A stretch of DNA of 64,000 nt, from assembly GCA_963712745.1 (NCBI GenBank), contig CAVQJC010000011.1, positions 289,617 to 353,616 on the forward strand, given 5' to 3'. This document shows positions 37,885 through 46,409 of this stretch, in pieces. The notes beneath the pieces were generated by a model. That model was given only the letters and a program-made list of their open reading frames with translations. It was not told where the DNA came from and made no database searches. Both the position numbers and the translations under genes were made by a program. Every line of letters starts with the position of its first letter. Position 1 is the first letter of the stretch. This DNA comes from an uncultured Chloroflexia bacterium. GTDB taxonomy: Bacteria > Chloroflexota > Limnocylindria > Limnocylindrales > CSP1-4.

Positions 37885-38697
37885 TCAGGCGACCAGGACG
37901 CGGACGCCGGCGTTTGCGAACGTGCTCAGGGCTTCGTCGTCCAGCTCGGCGTCGGTGATGACGACGTCGACCTGATCGAGTCGGCCTGCATGGGCGAATG
38001 AACGGGTGCCGAGCTTGGTGCCGTCCACCAGGAGCACGACCTCACGCGCTCTGGTGAGCGCTCGCTCCTTGGTGAAGGCCTCGGCGGGGTCGGTCGTGGT
38101 CAGTCCAGCATCGAGCGAGAGGCTGAACGTACCCACGAAGGCGTGGTCGACGTAGAGCTCGTCGAGCACCGGGGTGCTCAACGGGCCCACCAGCGCCTGG
38201 GAGAGGGGTCGCAGCTCACCGCCGATGACGATGAGCCGGGGGCCCTGTCCGGCCAGCTCGACGATGGCTGGCAGGCTGTTGGTGACGACGGTGATGTCGG
38301 TGCGCGACGCGAGCAGCCTGGCCAGCTCCAGACAGGTCGAGCCGGCGTCGATGTAGACGGTCGCGTCGGGGGCCACCAGCTCCGCGGCGCGCTCCGCGAT
38401 GCGCTGCTTCTCGGCGGCGTGCCTGGCAGCCTTGGCCTCGAAACGCGCCTCGATGGGGCGGGTGTCCACGCTGATGGCACCGCCGTGGACGCGCCGCAGC
38501 TCGCCCTCCTCCTCCAACTCGTGGAGGTCACGGCGGATGGTGGCGGTCGACACGCCCAGCTCTGCCTTGAGGTCCTCGACGCGCACGGCATGGCGCGACC
38601 TGACGATCTGCTTGACGCGCTCACGCCGTTCGGGCGCGAACGCCACGACGTTGCTGGGGGGAGGGGGTGGAGCGCCGTGGCGCTCATAATCGCTCAT
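37885..38697 (-). CDS. DeoR-family transcriptional regulator
   Basis: 'VRVEDLKAELGVSTATIRRDLHELEEEGELRRVHGGA' HTH plus a DeoR C-terminal sugar-phosphate-binding domain. Confidence 0.85.
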   Translation of the reverse strand: MSDYERHGAPPPPPSNVVAFAPERRERVKQIVRSRHAVRVEDLKAELGVSTATIRRDLHELEEEGELRRVHGGAISVDTRPIEARFEAKAARHAAEKQRIAERAAELVAPDATVYIDAGSTCLELARLLASRTDITVVTNSLPAIVELAGQGPRLIVIGGELRPLSQALVGPLSTPVLDELYVDHAFVGTFSLSLDAGLTTTDPAEAFTKERALTRAREVVLLVDGTKLGTRSFAHAGRLDQVDVVITDAELDDEALSTFANAGVRVLVA

Positions 38698-38881
38698 GAA
38701 CATCCTATATTCGAGCACAAACGAGCATGTTCTGTCAACCTGCCGAGTGACAGGGACCCGAATGCCGCAAACGAGAACGGGCCATCGGTTACTTGCCGTG
38801 GTCGAGAGCGTAGTCGAGGATTTCCGCGAGACCCCGATGCCACTAGACCACGTGGCAGGATCTCCGGTCTGGGGGGCCGTG

Positions 38882-39727
38882 ATGTCGGATGCGCCCAGCG
38901 GACAACCAGTGATCCCTCGCGCGCGCCCAGCCTCGGGGAGACCGGATGCTGCCGACGGGGCAAGCGCGGGCGACTACCGACGGGTGGTCCTCGTTCCTCG
39001 CCGACCATCACTCCTGCGCGAGTACGAAGCGGCCGAGCAGCGGCAGCGCGATGAGCTCGACGATTTCATCGACGAGCTGTTTGGCGGCACGACCGATGAG
39101 CCGCCTGGTCGCTTCGACGCGATCCTCGTCGTGGTCGGACTCGTCCTTGTCGCATGGGCCGGCATCCTGGGCGGCCCTGCCCTCGCTGCGTGGGTCGGCA
39201 TCGCCGGGATCGTGCTGGGTCTGGCGCTCCCGATACGGGCCGCTCTGCGCAAGTACGGTTCCTTGAGGACCGGGGTGAAGCGAGGGCGCCTCTTCGGCGG
39301 CGGGCAGATGCTTGACGCTTCGCATCCGGCCACGGTCGCCCTGATCGACGCCTACGCGCACCTCATCCAGATGTCATGCCTTCAAGGCACCGGCGAGCCC
39401 AAACGAGCGGTGGCGGCCGGCCACATGGCCGTGACGGAGGTTGCCAACTACCTCGATGGCAAGCCCCCCGAGGGCCCGGCCAAGACTCGCTTCGTGACCA
39501 TGCGCACGGAGGCCATCGAGGCTCTCTCGCGACAGATGATGCGGTCGCACGATCGCTGGGCGGCGAAGACGGCTGCCGAGCAGTCGCTGGGCACCGAGAC
39601 TGGCCTCGAGCCGGCTGGGGCATCGCAGTTCGAGTCGCTGAACGCACTGGCACGCAGCGGTGCCGTCGCAGAGTTGGAGGCATTGAACCACCAGCTCCGG
39701 CGAGAGACCGCCGATGAACCGCACTGA
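38882..39727 (+). CDS. Hypothetical membrane protein (two adjacent TM helices); start uncertain (38696/38762/38882)
   Basis: ORF with G/C-rich third positions. Hydrophobic stretch 'FDAILVVVGLVLVAWAGILGGPALAAWVGIAGIVLGLALPI'. Confidence 0.5.
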   Translation: MSDAPSGQPVIPRARPASGRPDAADGASAGDYRRVVLVPRRPSLLREYEAAEQRQRDELDDFIDELFGGTTDEPPGRFDAILVVVGLVLVAWAGILGGPALAAWVGIAGIVLGLALPIRAALRKYGSLRTGVKRGRLFGGGQMLDASHPATVALIDAYAHLIQMSCLQGTGEPKRAVAAGHMAVTEVANYLDGKPPEGPAKTRFVTMRTEAIEALSRQMMRSHDRWAAKTAAEQSLGTETGLEPAGASQFESLNALARSGAVAELEALNHQLRRETADEPH

Positions 39728-41372
39728 TGATCCCCGGCCCTCGGTCTCTCTAGCAGTCAGGGCCCTGACCTGGGTCGCACTGCCATTCGTCCTCGCCTGG
39801 ATGACCGTCAAGGCGACCTTCTCCACCCTGCGCCGCGGGGGGCGCTTCGCACTCTCCGTGCTACGGGTCGCGGCCCAGGAGTTCGCAGCCACGGTGCGGC
39901 GGCTGGGCACGCGCCTCGCGGCCGTCTTGCGCGCGGCGGCCCAGGCCCTCGCGGCCATGGCCCGCCGGGTCGGTCACGCCATCCGCATCGTGCTGGCCAC
40001 GATGGCCGACGGCCTGCGCCGCATCGGCACCCGCCTGCGCGTGTTCGCCCGGGCCGTGGCCGAGCTGGTGGCACGGCCGCTGCGCCTGGCCCTGGCCACG
40101 GTGCGCCGGCTGGGCACGCGCCTCGCGGCCGTCTTGCGCGCGGCGGCCCAGGCCCTCGCGGCCATGGCCCGCCGGGTCGGTCACGCCATCCGCATCGTGC
40201 TGGCCACGATGGCCGACGGCCTGCGCCGCATCGGCACCCGCCTGCGCGTGTTCGCCCGGGCCGTGGCCGAGCTGGTGGCACGGCCGCTGCGCCTGGCCCT
40301 GGCCACGGTGCGCCGGCTGGGCACGCGCCTCGCGGCCGTCTTGCGCGCGGCGGCCCAGGCCCTCGCGGCCATGGCCCGCCGGGTCGGTCACGCCATCCGC
40401 ATCGTGCTGGCCACGATGGCCGACGGCCTGCGCCGCATCGGCACCCGCCTGCGCGTGTTCGCCCGGGCCGTGGCCGAGCTGGTGGCACGGCCGCTGCGCC
40501 TGGCCCTGGCCACGGTGCGCCGGCTGGGCAGAGGCGTACTCGGTCGCGCCATGGTCCTGTTCTTCGACGTCATCGGGCTGATCTCGGTCTTGGTCTTCTG
40601 GCTCCACGAGGTCACGCGCCGCTCGACTGGCGCCATCTGGCCTCGGGTCACGGCTGCAGTGAGCCTGGCCGCAGGTCTGGGGCGAACGGTCATCCGATCC
40701 GTTCACACCTTGGTAGCCAAGATCTGGACGCTCGCGTCCGCCGCTATCGGGCGCGCTGCCAGGGCCATCGTCGCGACCGCCGCAACGGCGTGGCGACCCC
40801 TCCGCGAGGGTATCGTCGCGGCGTCGCGCGTGGTGAGCAGGATCGCGCTCGCGGCATGGAGCCTGTTGCGAGCCGCCGCCGGCGCAGTCATGCGGGCCAT
40901 CCGGCGCGCGCTCGCTGGAGCAGGCGCCTGGGCTCGTCGCGCCTTCGGGGCCGTGCGCACCGCTGCCTCCAGCGCCCGGGACGCGGTCGTCCGTACCCTC
41001 GCTCCGGTAGCGCGGCTCGTCACGCTGAGTGTCGGGGCCGTGGCCCTGGTGACCATCCGGGCGCTCGCCAGGACGCGCTCACTGGTGGCCTCGTTGGGGC
41101 GGGTCATCGCTGCCGCCGCCCGCCGTGCCGCGCAGCGCGTCCGGGCTGCCGTGTCAGCCGTACGGGTAGCGATGATGCAGTCGGCTCGCCGGGCGGCCAC
41201 AGCGGTCCGAGGTTCGGCGGCCTCCCTGAGAGAAGCCGTCGGGCGCGCCAAGGGGTCGATCGTGGCCTCGGGCAGCGCCGCACGCGAGACGGCTCGCGAG
41301 ATCCTGGGTCGCCTGCGGCACGAGCGCCCACCCGAAGGCCACGATGCCCCCCGGCGCCATGGGCCGCACTGA
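39714..41372 (+). CDS. Ala/Arg/Val-rich helical-repeat membrane protein (552 aa) containing three identical 69-aa repeats
   Basis: Third positions are almost uniformly G/C in this frame. One TM segment (MVLFFDVIGLISVLVFWL). 14-nt overlap with the upstream gene. Confidence 0.65.
   Translation: MNRTDDPRPSVSLAVRALTWVALPFVLAWMTVKATFSTLRRGGRFALSVLRVAAQEFAATVRRLGTRLAAVLRAAAQALAAMARRVGHAIRIVLATMADGLRRIGTRLRVFARAVAELVARPLRLALATVRRLGTRLAAVLRAAAQALAAMARRVGHAIRIVLATMADGLRRIGTRLRVFARAVAELVARPLRLALATVRRLGTRLAAVLRAAAQALAAMARRVGHAIRIVLATMADGLRRIGTRLRVFARAVAELVARPLRLALATVRRLGRGVLGRAMVLFFDVIGLISVLVFWLHEVTRRSTGAIWPRVTAAVSLAAGLGRTVIRSVHTLVAKIWTLASAAIGRAARAIVATAATAWRPLREGIVAASRVVSRIALAAWSLLRAAAGAVMRAIRRALAGAGAWARRAFGAVRTAASSARDAVVRTLAPVARLVTLSVGAVALVTIRALARTRSLVASLGRVIAAAARRAAQRVRAAVSAVRVAMMQSARRAATAVRGSAASLREAVGRAKGSIVASGSAARETAREILGRLRHERPPEGHDAPRRHGPH
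39891..40530 (+). repeat. 207-bp tandem repeat, ~3.1 copies, in frame inside CDS 39714..41372
   Basis: Copies at 39891, 40098 and 40305 are identical apart from one synonymous difference near 39899. The period is confirmed by identical antisense ORFs at 39974, 40181 and 40388. Confidence 0.95.
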
Positions 41373-41386
41373 GCGGCTCCGCCGAC

Positions 41387-41782
41387 TCAGGGACGCAGGA
41401 CGATCACGCGCCAGTCCACCAGCCCCTCGGTCGGGCACGATGCGCTCGTGGTGATGAGGATGCGTTCGTCGGACTCCCCGGCCTCCACATGGTCGTTGAT
41501 GCCTGCAAAGCCACACGGTGCATATGGGGCCGGCGCGCGCAAGGTGAGCGAGTCCTGCCACGAGTGGACCAACCCCTTCTCGGTGGCCAGCGCGTACTCG
41601 GCGTAACCCTCGTTCTCGAGCTCGTCAAGTACGCCTGGTACCTGGCTCCAGAGACCACGCATCGGGAACGAGTCGTCGACCACGACGAACACACGTTCTG
41701 TGGGGCGTGAAAGCACGATCAGCGCCGCGACAAGGCCGAAGGCGACGAGCACACCGATGAGGAAGATGGCGAGCGGACGCAC
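41387..41782 (-). CDS. Hypothetical membrane-anchored protein (131 aa)
   Basis: GTG start 6 nt after the upstream stop. N-terminal TM helix, then 'VFVVVDDSFPM'. Confidence 0.5.
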   Translation of the reverse strand: MRPLAIFLIGVLVAFGLVAALIVLSRPTERVFVVVDDSFPMRGLWSQVPGVLDELENEGYAEYALATEKGLVHSWQDSLTLRAPAPYAPCGFAGINDHVEAGESDERILITTSASCPTEGLVDWRVIVLRP

Positions 41783-41788
41783 CCGGAG

Positions 41789-43483
41789 CTAGACCCCGGC
41801 GTTGAAGAGCGCCGAGAGTTTGAACTCGACGTCACCTTCGCCCGCGTTGATGGTCGCTGCCTCCACGAGCGACGCCAGCTGTCCAAGCTCCTCGAGGTCC
41901 GCCTCGAAGCCGACCGTGACCACCGGGATGCGTAGCCCCTCGATGACCTCGTCGACGTCCCCGTACGTGAGCCCTTCGTTGGTCTCGCCGTCGGTCAGCA
42001 CGATCAGCATGTACTTGCCTCGTGGGTCGATGGCACGCTGTTCAGCGAGCATGGACAGACCCAGCATGACGCCGTCATACATCGCGGTGCCTCCCACCGG
42101 ATCCATGTCCTGAACAGCCGCCGCGAAGCGTGCCTGCTGATTGAGGTCGAACGGAGCGATGTCCAGGCGCTTCCTGGCCTGGTCGCCGAACTCGACCATG
42201 CCCACCGAGGCTTCGGGGTTGATGAACTGGCGTGAGGACTCGAGCGCCCGTTGAACGGCGTTGATACGCGACCCGGACATCGACCCGCTCGTGTCGGTCA
42301 CGAAGACGGCGTAGACCGGGCGGCCGGCGTCCTTCTTGTCCTTCCACAGTTGCTGCGCCGCGATGAGCGTCTGCCCTGACGGGATGGCCACATCGGAGAC
42401 GTAGTCCGGGGGGTCGAAGCCGAACTCTGCGGCCTCGCCTCGCAGCTCATCGTCGTCGAGATGGTCGGCGAACAGCTCGAGCACCTCACGCTCCTGGGGC
42501 GTCGCCGAGTCGAAGGCGTAGAGCGGATTGTCGTGACGGACGCCGAAGGGGATGAACTCGAACCCGGAGCGCAGTGAGTCGGTATTGATGAACGTCTGCC
42601 ACTCCATGACGAAGGCGTCCAGCGATCCGTTGTCCTTTTCTACCGACTCGCGCATCTGCAGTGTCGTGAAAGCCACGAACGGGACCTGCTCCTGGAATGT
42701 CTCGAAGACGCTGGCCACGTCGGGTGCAACGAGTCTGGCCTCATCGCCCTCGGCGAACGAATCGAGGACCGTGAGCAGGAAGTTGAGTCCCGTGGACGAC
42801 GCGAACGGATCCGTGTAGCCCATCACCAGCTCGCCGGCGATCACCGCCTGCAGTAGTACCTTGGCATCGAGCTCGCCGTACTGCTCGCGCAACTGGTCAG
42901 CGGTCTCGTCCTTCATCACGATGCCGGCCACGTTGGGGACCGTCCGGTCCGTAACCACGGACATGGGACTGTGCACCCGCGCCATCTCGATCCACAGATG
43001 GTTCGAGGGGCTGAAGCCTGCCGGGATGGCATCGCCGGCAGCGATGAACTGGTATCCGGTCCCTGAGGGGATCCTGCGGATGGCTACCTTGGCAGCGGAC
43101 CCGTCAGCGAGCGTCGCGCCCGAGCGGTTGAACGACTCCGCCGCCTCGACCATCCAGCCGTCGGTGCCTGCTCCGGACTTCTCGGTGGAGGCGAAGACTT
43201 CGGCGACCACCTCACCGGCGCCGATACCGGGGTCCACCGAGAGCGCGAACTCGCTGATGTCCGGCAGCGTATCCGCTAGAGTCCGGTCTCCGCCCGGCTC
43301 CACGCTGGCCTTGCGGTCGATGAGCTCATCAGCCCAATCCAGCTGGCCGGCGATCTCCGCGACGCGCTGTTCCGCCTCGGCCTGACCGAGTGGTTCGCTA
43401 CCGCCCAGGTCCTCCGTACAGGCCGCGGCCACGAAGACGATACTGACCAGGGCGGCAAGGAGCGCCGACCGATGCTGTCCCAC
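41789..43483 (-). CDS. Lipoprotein with a solute-binding-like domain and a C-terminal von Willebrand factor A domain
   Basis: Lipobox 'FVAAAC'. MIDAS 'VFVTDTSGSMSG'. 'LIVLTDGETNEG'. GGAGGGAG SD. Confidence 0.8.
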   Translation of the reverse strand: MGQHRSALLAALVSIVFVAAACTEDLGGSEPLGQAEAEQRVAEIAGQLDWADELIDRKASVEPGGDRTLADTLPDISEFALSVDPGIGAGEVVAEVFASTEKSGAGTDGWMVEAAESFNRSGATLADGSAAKVAIRRIPSGTGYQFIAAGDAIPAGFSPSNHLWIEMARVHSPMSVVTDRTVPNVAGIVMKDETADQLREQYGELDAKVLLQAVIAGELVMGYTDPFASSTGLNFLLTVLDSFAEGDEARLVAPDVASVFETFQEQVPFVAFTTLQMRESVEKDNGSLDAFVMEWQTFINTDSLRSGFEFIPFGVRHDNPLYAFDSATPQEREVLELFADHLDDDELRGEAAEFGFDPPDYVSDVAIPSGQTLIAAQQLWKDKKDAGRPVYAVFVTDTSGSMSGSRINAVQRALESSRQFINPEASVGMVEFGDQARKRLDIAPFDLNQQARFAAAVQDMDPVGGTAMYDGVMLGLSMLAEQRAIDPRGKYMLIVLTDGETNEGLTYGDVDEVIEGLRIPVVTVGFEADLEELGQLASLVEAATINAGEGDVEFKLSALFNAGV

Positions 43484-43513
43484 GTGTCGTTCTCCCTCCG
43501 CTGCCGTGCCTGA

Positions 43514-44746
43514 CTACTCTGTCGTTGGGTCGGCCCCAGGGCCGACCTCGAGGTCGAGCATGCCCGTGCTGGCCGCGCTCCGCTCATGCCTCTCGATCGC
43601 CTTCTCCGCTTCGATCGTGAGCTTGTCCATCTCGACGATGGAGCTGGCCATCTCCGGCAGTGCTTCACGGCGGTAGCGTGAGATCTCGTCGAGCGCGATG
43701 TTGATGTCGCGGAAGGCCGACTGCAGGGCGTCCATGTCGAGCATCGCGCTCGATGCCTGCTGGTGGATCTGGCTGCCTTGCGACTTGAGTCGCGCGGCAG
43801 TACCGGCGATCATGTCCGACGTCGTCCGGTTGAGCGCCTCGACCTTGTCCAGCACCACCTTCTGGTGGGCTACGGCCATGGCCACCGACACGGCCACCTG
43901 GAGGGCACTGATGGTGACGTCCAGGGCGCGGTTGACGCCACGGACGAGTTCACGGTTGTTGCGCACGATGATGGCGGTCGCGAGCACGCCCTGCTGATTC
44001 ACCGCCAGTTGCTGCTGCAGGTCCATCGTCCGCTGTCGCAGCACGAAGAGCAGCTCCTCCTCGATGAACGCCCGTCGAGGGTCGTCAGGTCCGATCTCGC
44101 GGTCGAGCTTGGCGCTGATGGCGGAGTCGAGCGCCTGGGCGAGTGCGACCTGCTCGGTGATCGTGACCGTCAGCTCGCGCATGTTCTTCTGATCGTCGTT
44201 GAGCGTGACGTTGTCGCGTTTCAGTTGGTCACGCCCACTCTCGAGCGAGCGGATGATGGCGTCGATGACGCCTTGCGAGGTCTCGAACTGCATGAAGTAG
44301 CGCTGCAGCGGCGTGCCCACGCCGGGAATCAGCCCAAGCGTGCGATTGAACCAGCCCGGGTCGAGGTTGAGCGAGGTTGGGTCGAGCTTCTCGACCTCGA
44401 TGCGCAAGTCCGAGAGCGACTTGGCCACGGGCCCGCCCTCCTCGCTCTCGCGAGCGAGGTCGCGCAACGGCGCCTGCAGCAGCCGGCTTCGCGTGGCGGC
44501 ACGTCGTTGCAGGTCCCGGCCCATGCCTTCGACAGCTTCGATCGAGGTGACGCGGGCATCCTGGTCGTCAGGATCGATAGTGATGAGCTGGTCAGCCACC
44601 GCAAGCGCACGCTCCTGGAGCTCATCGCTGACATCGGGTTCAGGAACGATGACCTCCGCCTTCGTGCCCTCAACGTCAAGGTCCAACCGCAGGGCCAGAG
44701 CCGTCTCGTCGTTGGCGTTGCCGTGCGTATCGCTCGCATCACTCAT
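43514..44746 (-). CDS. TelA/YaaN-family toxic-anion-resistance protein
   Basis: TelA-like length and coiled-coil layout: 'LDPGWFNR.LG.IPG', 'YF.QFETSQGVIDAII.SL..GRDQLKRDN'. Confidence 0.85.
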   Translation of the reverse strand: MSDASDTHGNANDETALALRLDLDVEGTKAEVIVPEPDVSDELQERALAVADQLITIDPDDQDARVTSIEAVEGMGRDLQRRAATRSRLLQAPLRDLARESEEGGPVAKSLSDLRIEVEKLDPTSLNLDPGWFNRTLGLIPGVGTPLQRYFMQFETSQGVIDAIIRSLESGRDQLKRDNVTLNDDQKNMRELTVTITEQVALAQALDSAISAKLDREIGPDDPRRAFIEEELLFVLRQRTMDLQQQLAVNQQGVLATAIIVRNNRELVRGVNRALDVTISALQVAVSVAMAVAHQKVVLDKVEALNRTTSDMIAGTAARLKSQGSQIHQQASSAMLDMDALQSAFRDINIALDEISRYRREALPEMASSIVEMDKLTIEAEKAIERHERSAASTGMLDLEVGPGADPTTE

Positions 44747-44805
44747 CGTTGCTCTCCCTCATGGTCGGGCCTTGGTCGTCTCGGTAGTGCATCACATCGA
44801 CGAGG

Positions 44806-45558
44806 TCATGTCGCGGCGTACCTGCCCGCTCGGTCGGCCAGCTCCTTGAGCGCATCCATGGCGGCTTCCGCGTCCTGCGGAGCGACGCCGATGGGTGCGT
44901 CTGCGAGTGCGGTGGAGGTGCGATCGAGCAGCGTCATGGCCGACTCATTCTGGGCCAGCAAGTAGGTCACCTTGGCCTCCTGTGCCGTGGCCAGCGCGCG
45001 ACGATCCTGGAGCGAGGTGATCTCAGCCTGCGCCCCGGATGCGTCGCCGGCGGACAGCTCTGCGAGCCGGACGTCGATGTAGTCGGTGTCGATGGCACTG
45101 ACGCTCTTCTTGGCGATGGCGACCTCGCGCAGGTTGGTGACGACTGCCAGGTAGACCTGCTGGGCGGTCGAGCGGTAGCGTGCGTACGTCAGCTCCCCGG
45201 TGTCGAGGCGGCTCCCGAGGATGGCCACCAGGGTGTCGCGCTTCTCGCCGATGGCATGGAGCTGGTAGGCGGGGCGCGGGTCCTCGAGTCGGTCCAGGTC
45301 GTCAGACAGCGCACGCAGCTCGATCGTACTGACCTCAGGCAGCCTCGGCGCCTGGAACTGGAGCCGGCGCAGTGTCCCGGTGGCGGACAGGGTGATCGGC
45401 CACAGGACGATGGCGACCGCGCCGATGCCGATGACGACGATCGCCAGCAACGTGGGCGGTTCGAGGAGCAGCAGGATCAGGACGACCGCCACCACGACCG
45501 CGGCGACGGCGATCCAGGACGGCGGATATCCGGCGACGGCGCGCCACCACGTTCTCAT
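44806..45558 (-). CDS. XpaC-like (5-bromo-4-chloroindolyl-phosphate-hydrolysis family) membrane protein
   Basis: Two N-terminal TM helices plus a helical C-domain. Its position directly upstream of telA mirrors B. subtilis xpaC-yaaN. The assignment rests on architecture and context only. Confidence 0.5.
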   Translation of the reverse strand: MRTWWRAVAGYPPSWIAVAAVVVAVVLILLLLEPPTLLAIVVIGIGAVAIVLWPITLSATGTLRRLQFQAPRLPEVSTIELRALSDDLDRLEDPRPAYQLHAIGEKRDTLVAILGSRLDTGELTYARYRSTAQQVYLAVVTNLREVAIAKKSVSAIDTDYIDVRLAELSAGDASGAQAEITSLQDRRALATAQEAKVTYLLAQNESAMTLLDRTSTALADAPIGVAPQDAEAAMDALKELADRAGRYAAT

Positions 45559-45796
45559 CTCGATACCCCTTCTGACAATCGAACCCAAGTGTGGTGCATG
45601 CAAGGGCCTTTCGGCAGGGAACAAGGAAGTGCGACTGCCCGACGGCAACGGCCGGCTGAACCTCCCTCGAGCCGCGCCGGTGCCGAAGTAGTCCCGGCGA
45701 CCGCCGGCTGAAGGGCGTGGCCGAGATCGGCGGCCACCCCGAACTCAAGCCGCCGCGCGCGATCGGGAGTGGTTCTCGTCCGTCCACTCTCTCTCA

Positions 45797-46150
45797 GTGC
45801 ATGCTGTGCACGAGTCCGACCCAGCGATCGTCCGATCCTGCAGGGGCCTGTGCACCCCGTGCACGAGCCCGTCCCGTCCGCTCTGGCCGTGCACCCAGTG
45901 CACGAGTCCGACCCAGCGATCGTCCGATCCTGCAGGGGCCTGTGCACCCCGTGCACGAGCCCGTCCCGTCCGCTCTGGCCGTGCACCCAGTGCACGAGTC
46001 CGACCCAGCGATCGTCCGATCCTGCAGGGGCCTGTGCACCCCGTGCACGAGCCCGTCCCGTCCGCTCTGGCCGTGCACCCCGTGCACGAGTCCGACCCAT
46101 CCGTCGCCCGATCCTGCAGGGGCCTGTGCACCCCGTGCACGAGCCCGTCC
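45797..46150. repeat. Non-coding tandem array: 92-bp unit x ~3.9, each unit carrying two GTGCAC-N3-GTGCACGAG modules
   Basis: The period was measured from CAGGGGCC at 45841, 45933, 46025 and 46117. 92 is not a multiple of 3, and all six frames are open across the array. Confidence 0.95.
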
Positions 46151-46218
46151 AGAATGTCCGGTGCCGATCACCCGGCGGGTGGGAACCCGCAGCGCGGGGC
46201 CACGACGACGGCTGCCCG

Positions 46219-46252
46219 GTCGAGTTCGGTCACCCGGTGATCGGCTGGTCGG
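46219..46252 (+). repeat. Left copy of a 34-bp imperfect direct repeat (GTCGAGTTCGGTCACCCGGTGATCGGCTGGTCGG)
   Basis: 32/34 identical to 54951..54984. Both copies are preceded by CTGCCCG. Confidence 0.85.
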
Positions 46253-46345
46253 ATGTCGTCAACGCAGCCCCATGGGACGCTACCTACGGGTCGACTGACC
46301 TTGGCCCGCCGCCGCACCCGGCGGTCGATCGAGGCCATACGACCC

Positions 46346-46374
46346 TTGAGTGGTGGAGTGCCAGCGGCTAGGCT
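46346..46374 (+). promoter_or_regulatory. Candidate promoter TTGAGT-N17-TAGGCT for the first STAND gene
   Basis: Hexamers and spacing read from the sequence. The -10 lies 35 nt upstream of ATG 46410, with a GAGAGGA SD. Confidence 0.45.
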
Positions 46375-46409
46375 GGCCAGACGCCAATCATCTAGACGCG
46401 AGAGGACGT

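Noticed and set aside
39808-40706. Pro/Gly/Arg-rich minus-strand ORFs (226 and 281 aa, plus three identical 63-aa ORFs) across the 207-bp repeats
   Set aside because: They are repeat-generated antisense shadows. The plus-strand frame has nearly 100% G/C at third positions and continues into a full-length protein with a TM segment.
45797-46150. The 92-bp tandem array as a CRISPR locus
   Set aside because: The entire 92-nt unit repeats, so there are no unique spacers between conserved repeats. The period is outside the usual repeat+spacer range, and no cas genes are in the window.
45717-46371. ORFs of 125-200 aa in all six frames across the 92-bp array (for example 45769-46371 +, 45555-46100 -)
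   Set aside because: The repeat period is not a multiple of 3, so any ORF cycles through all frames. Openness in all six frames reflects the stop-poor GC-rich repeat, not coding.
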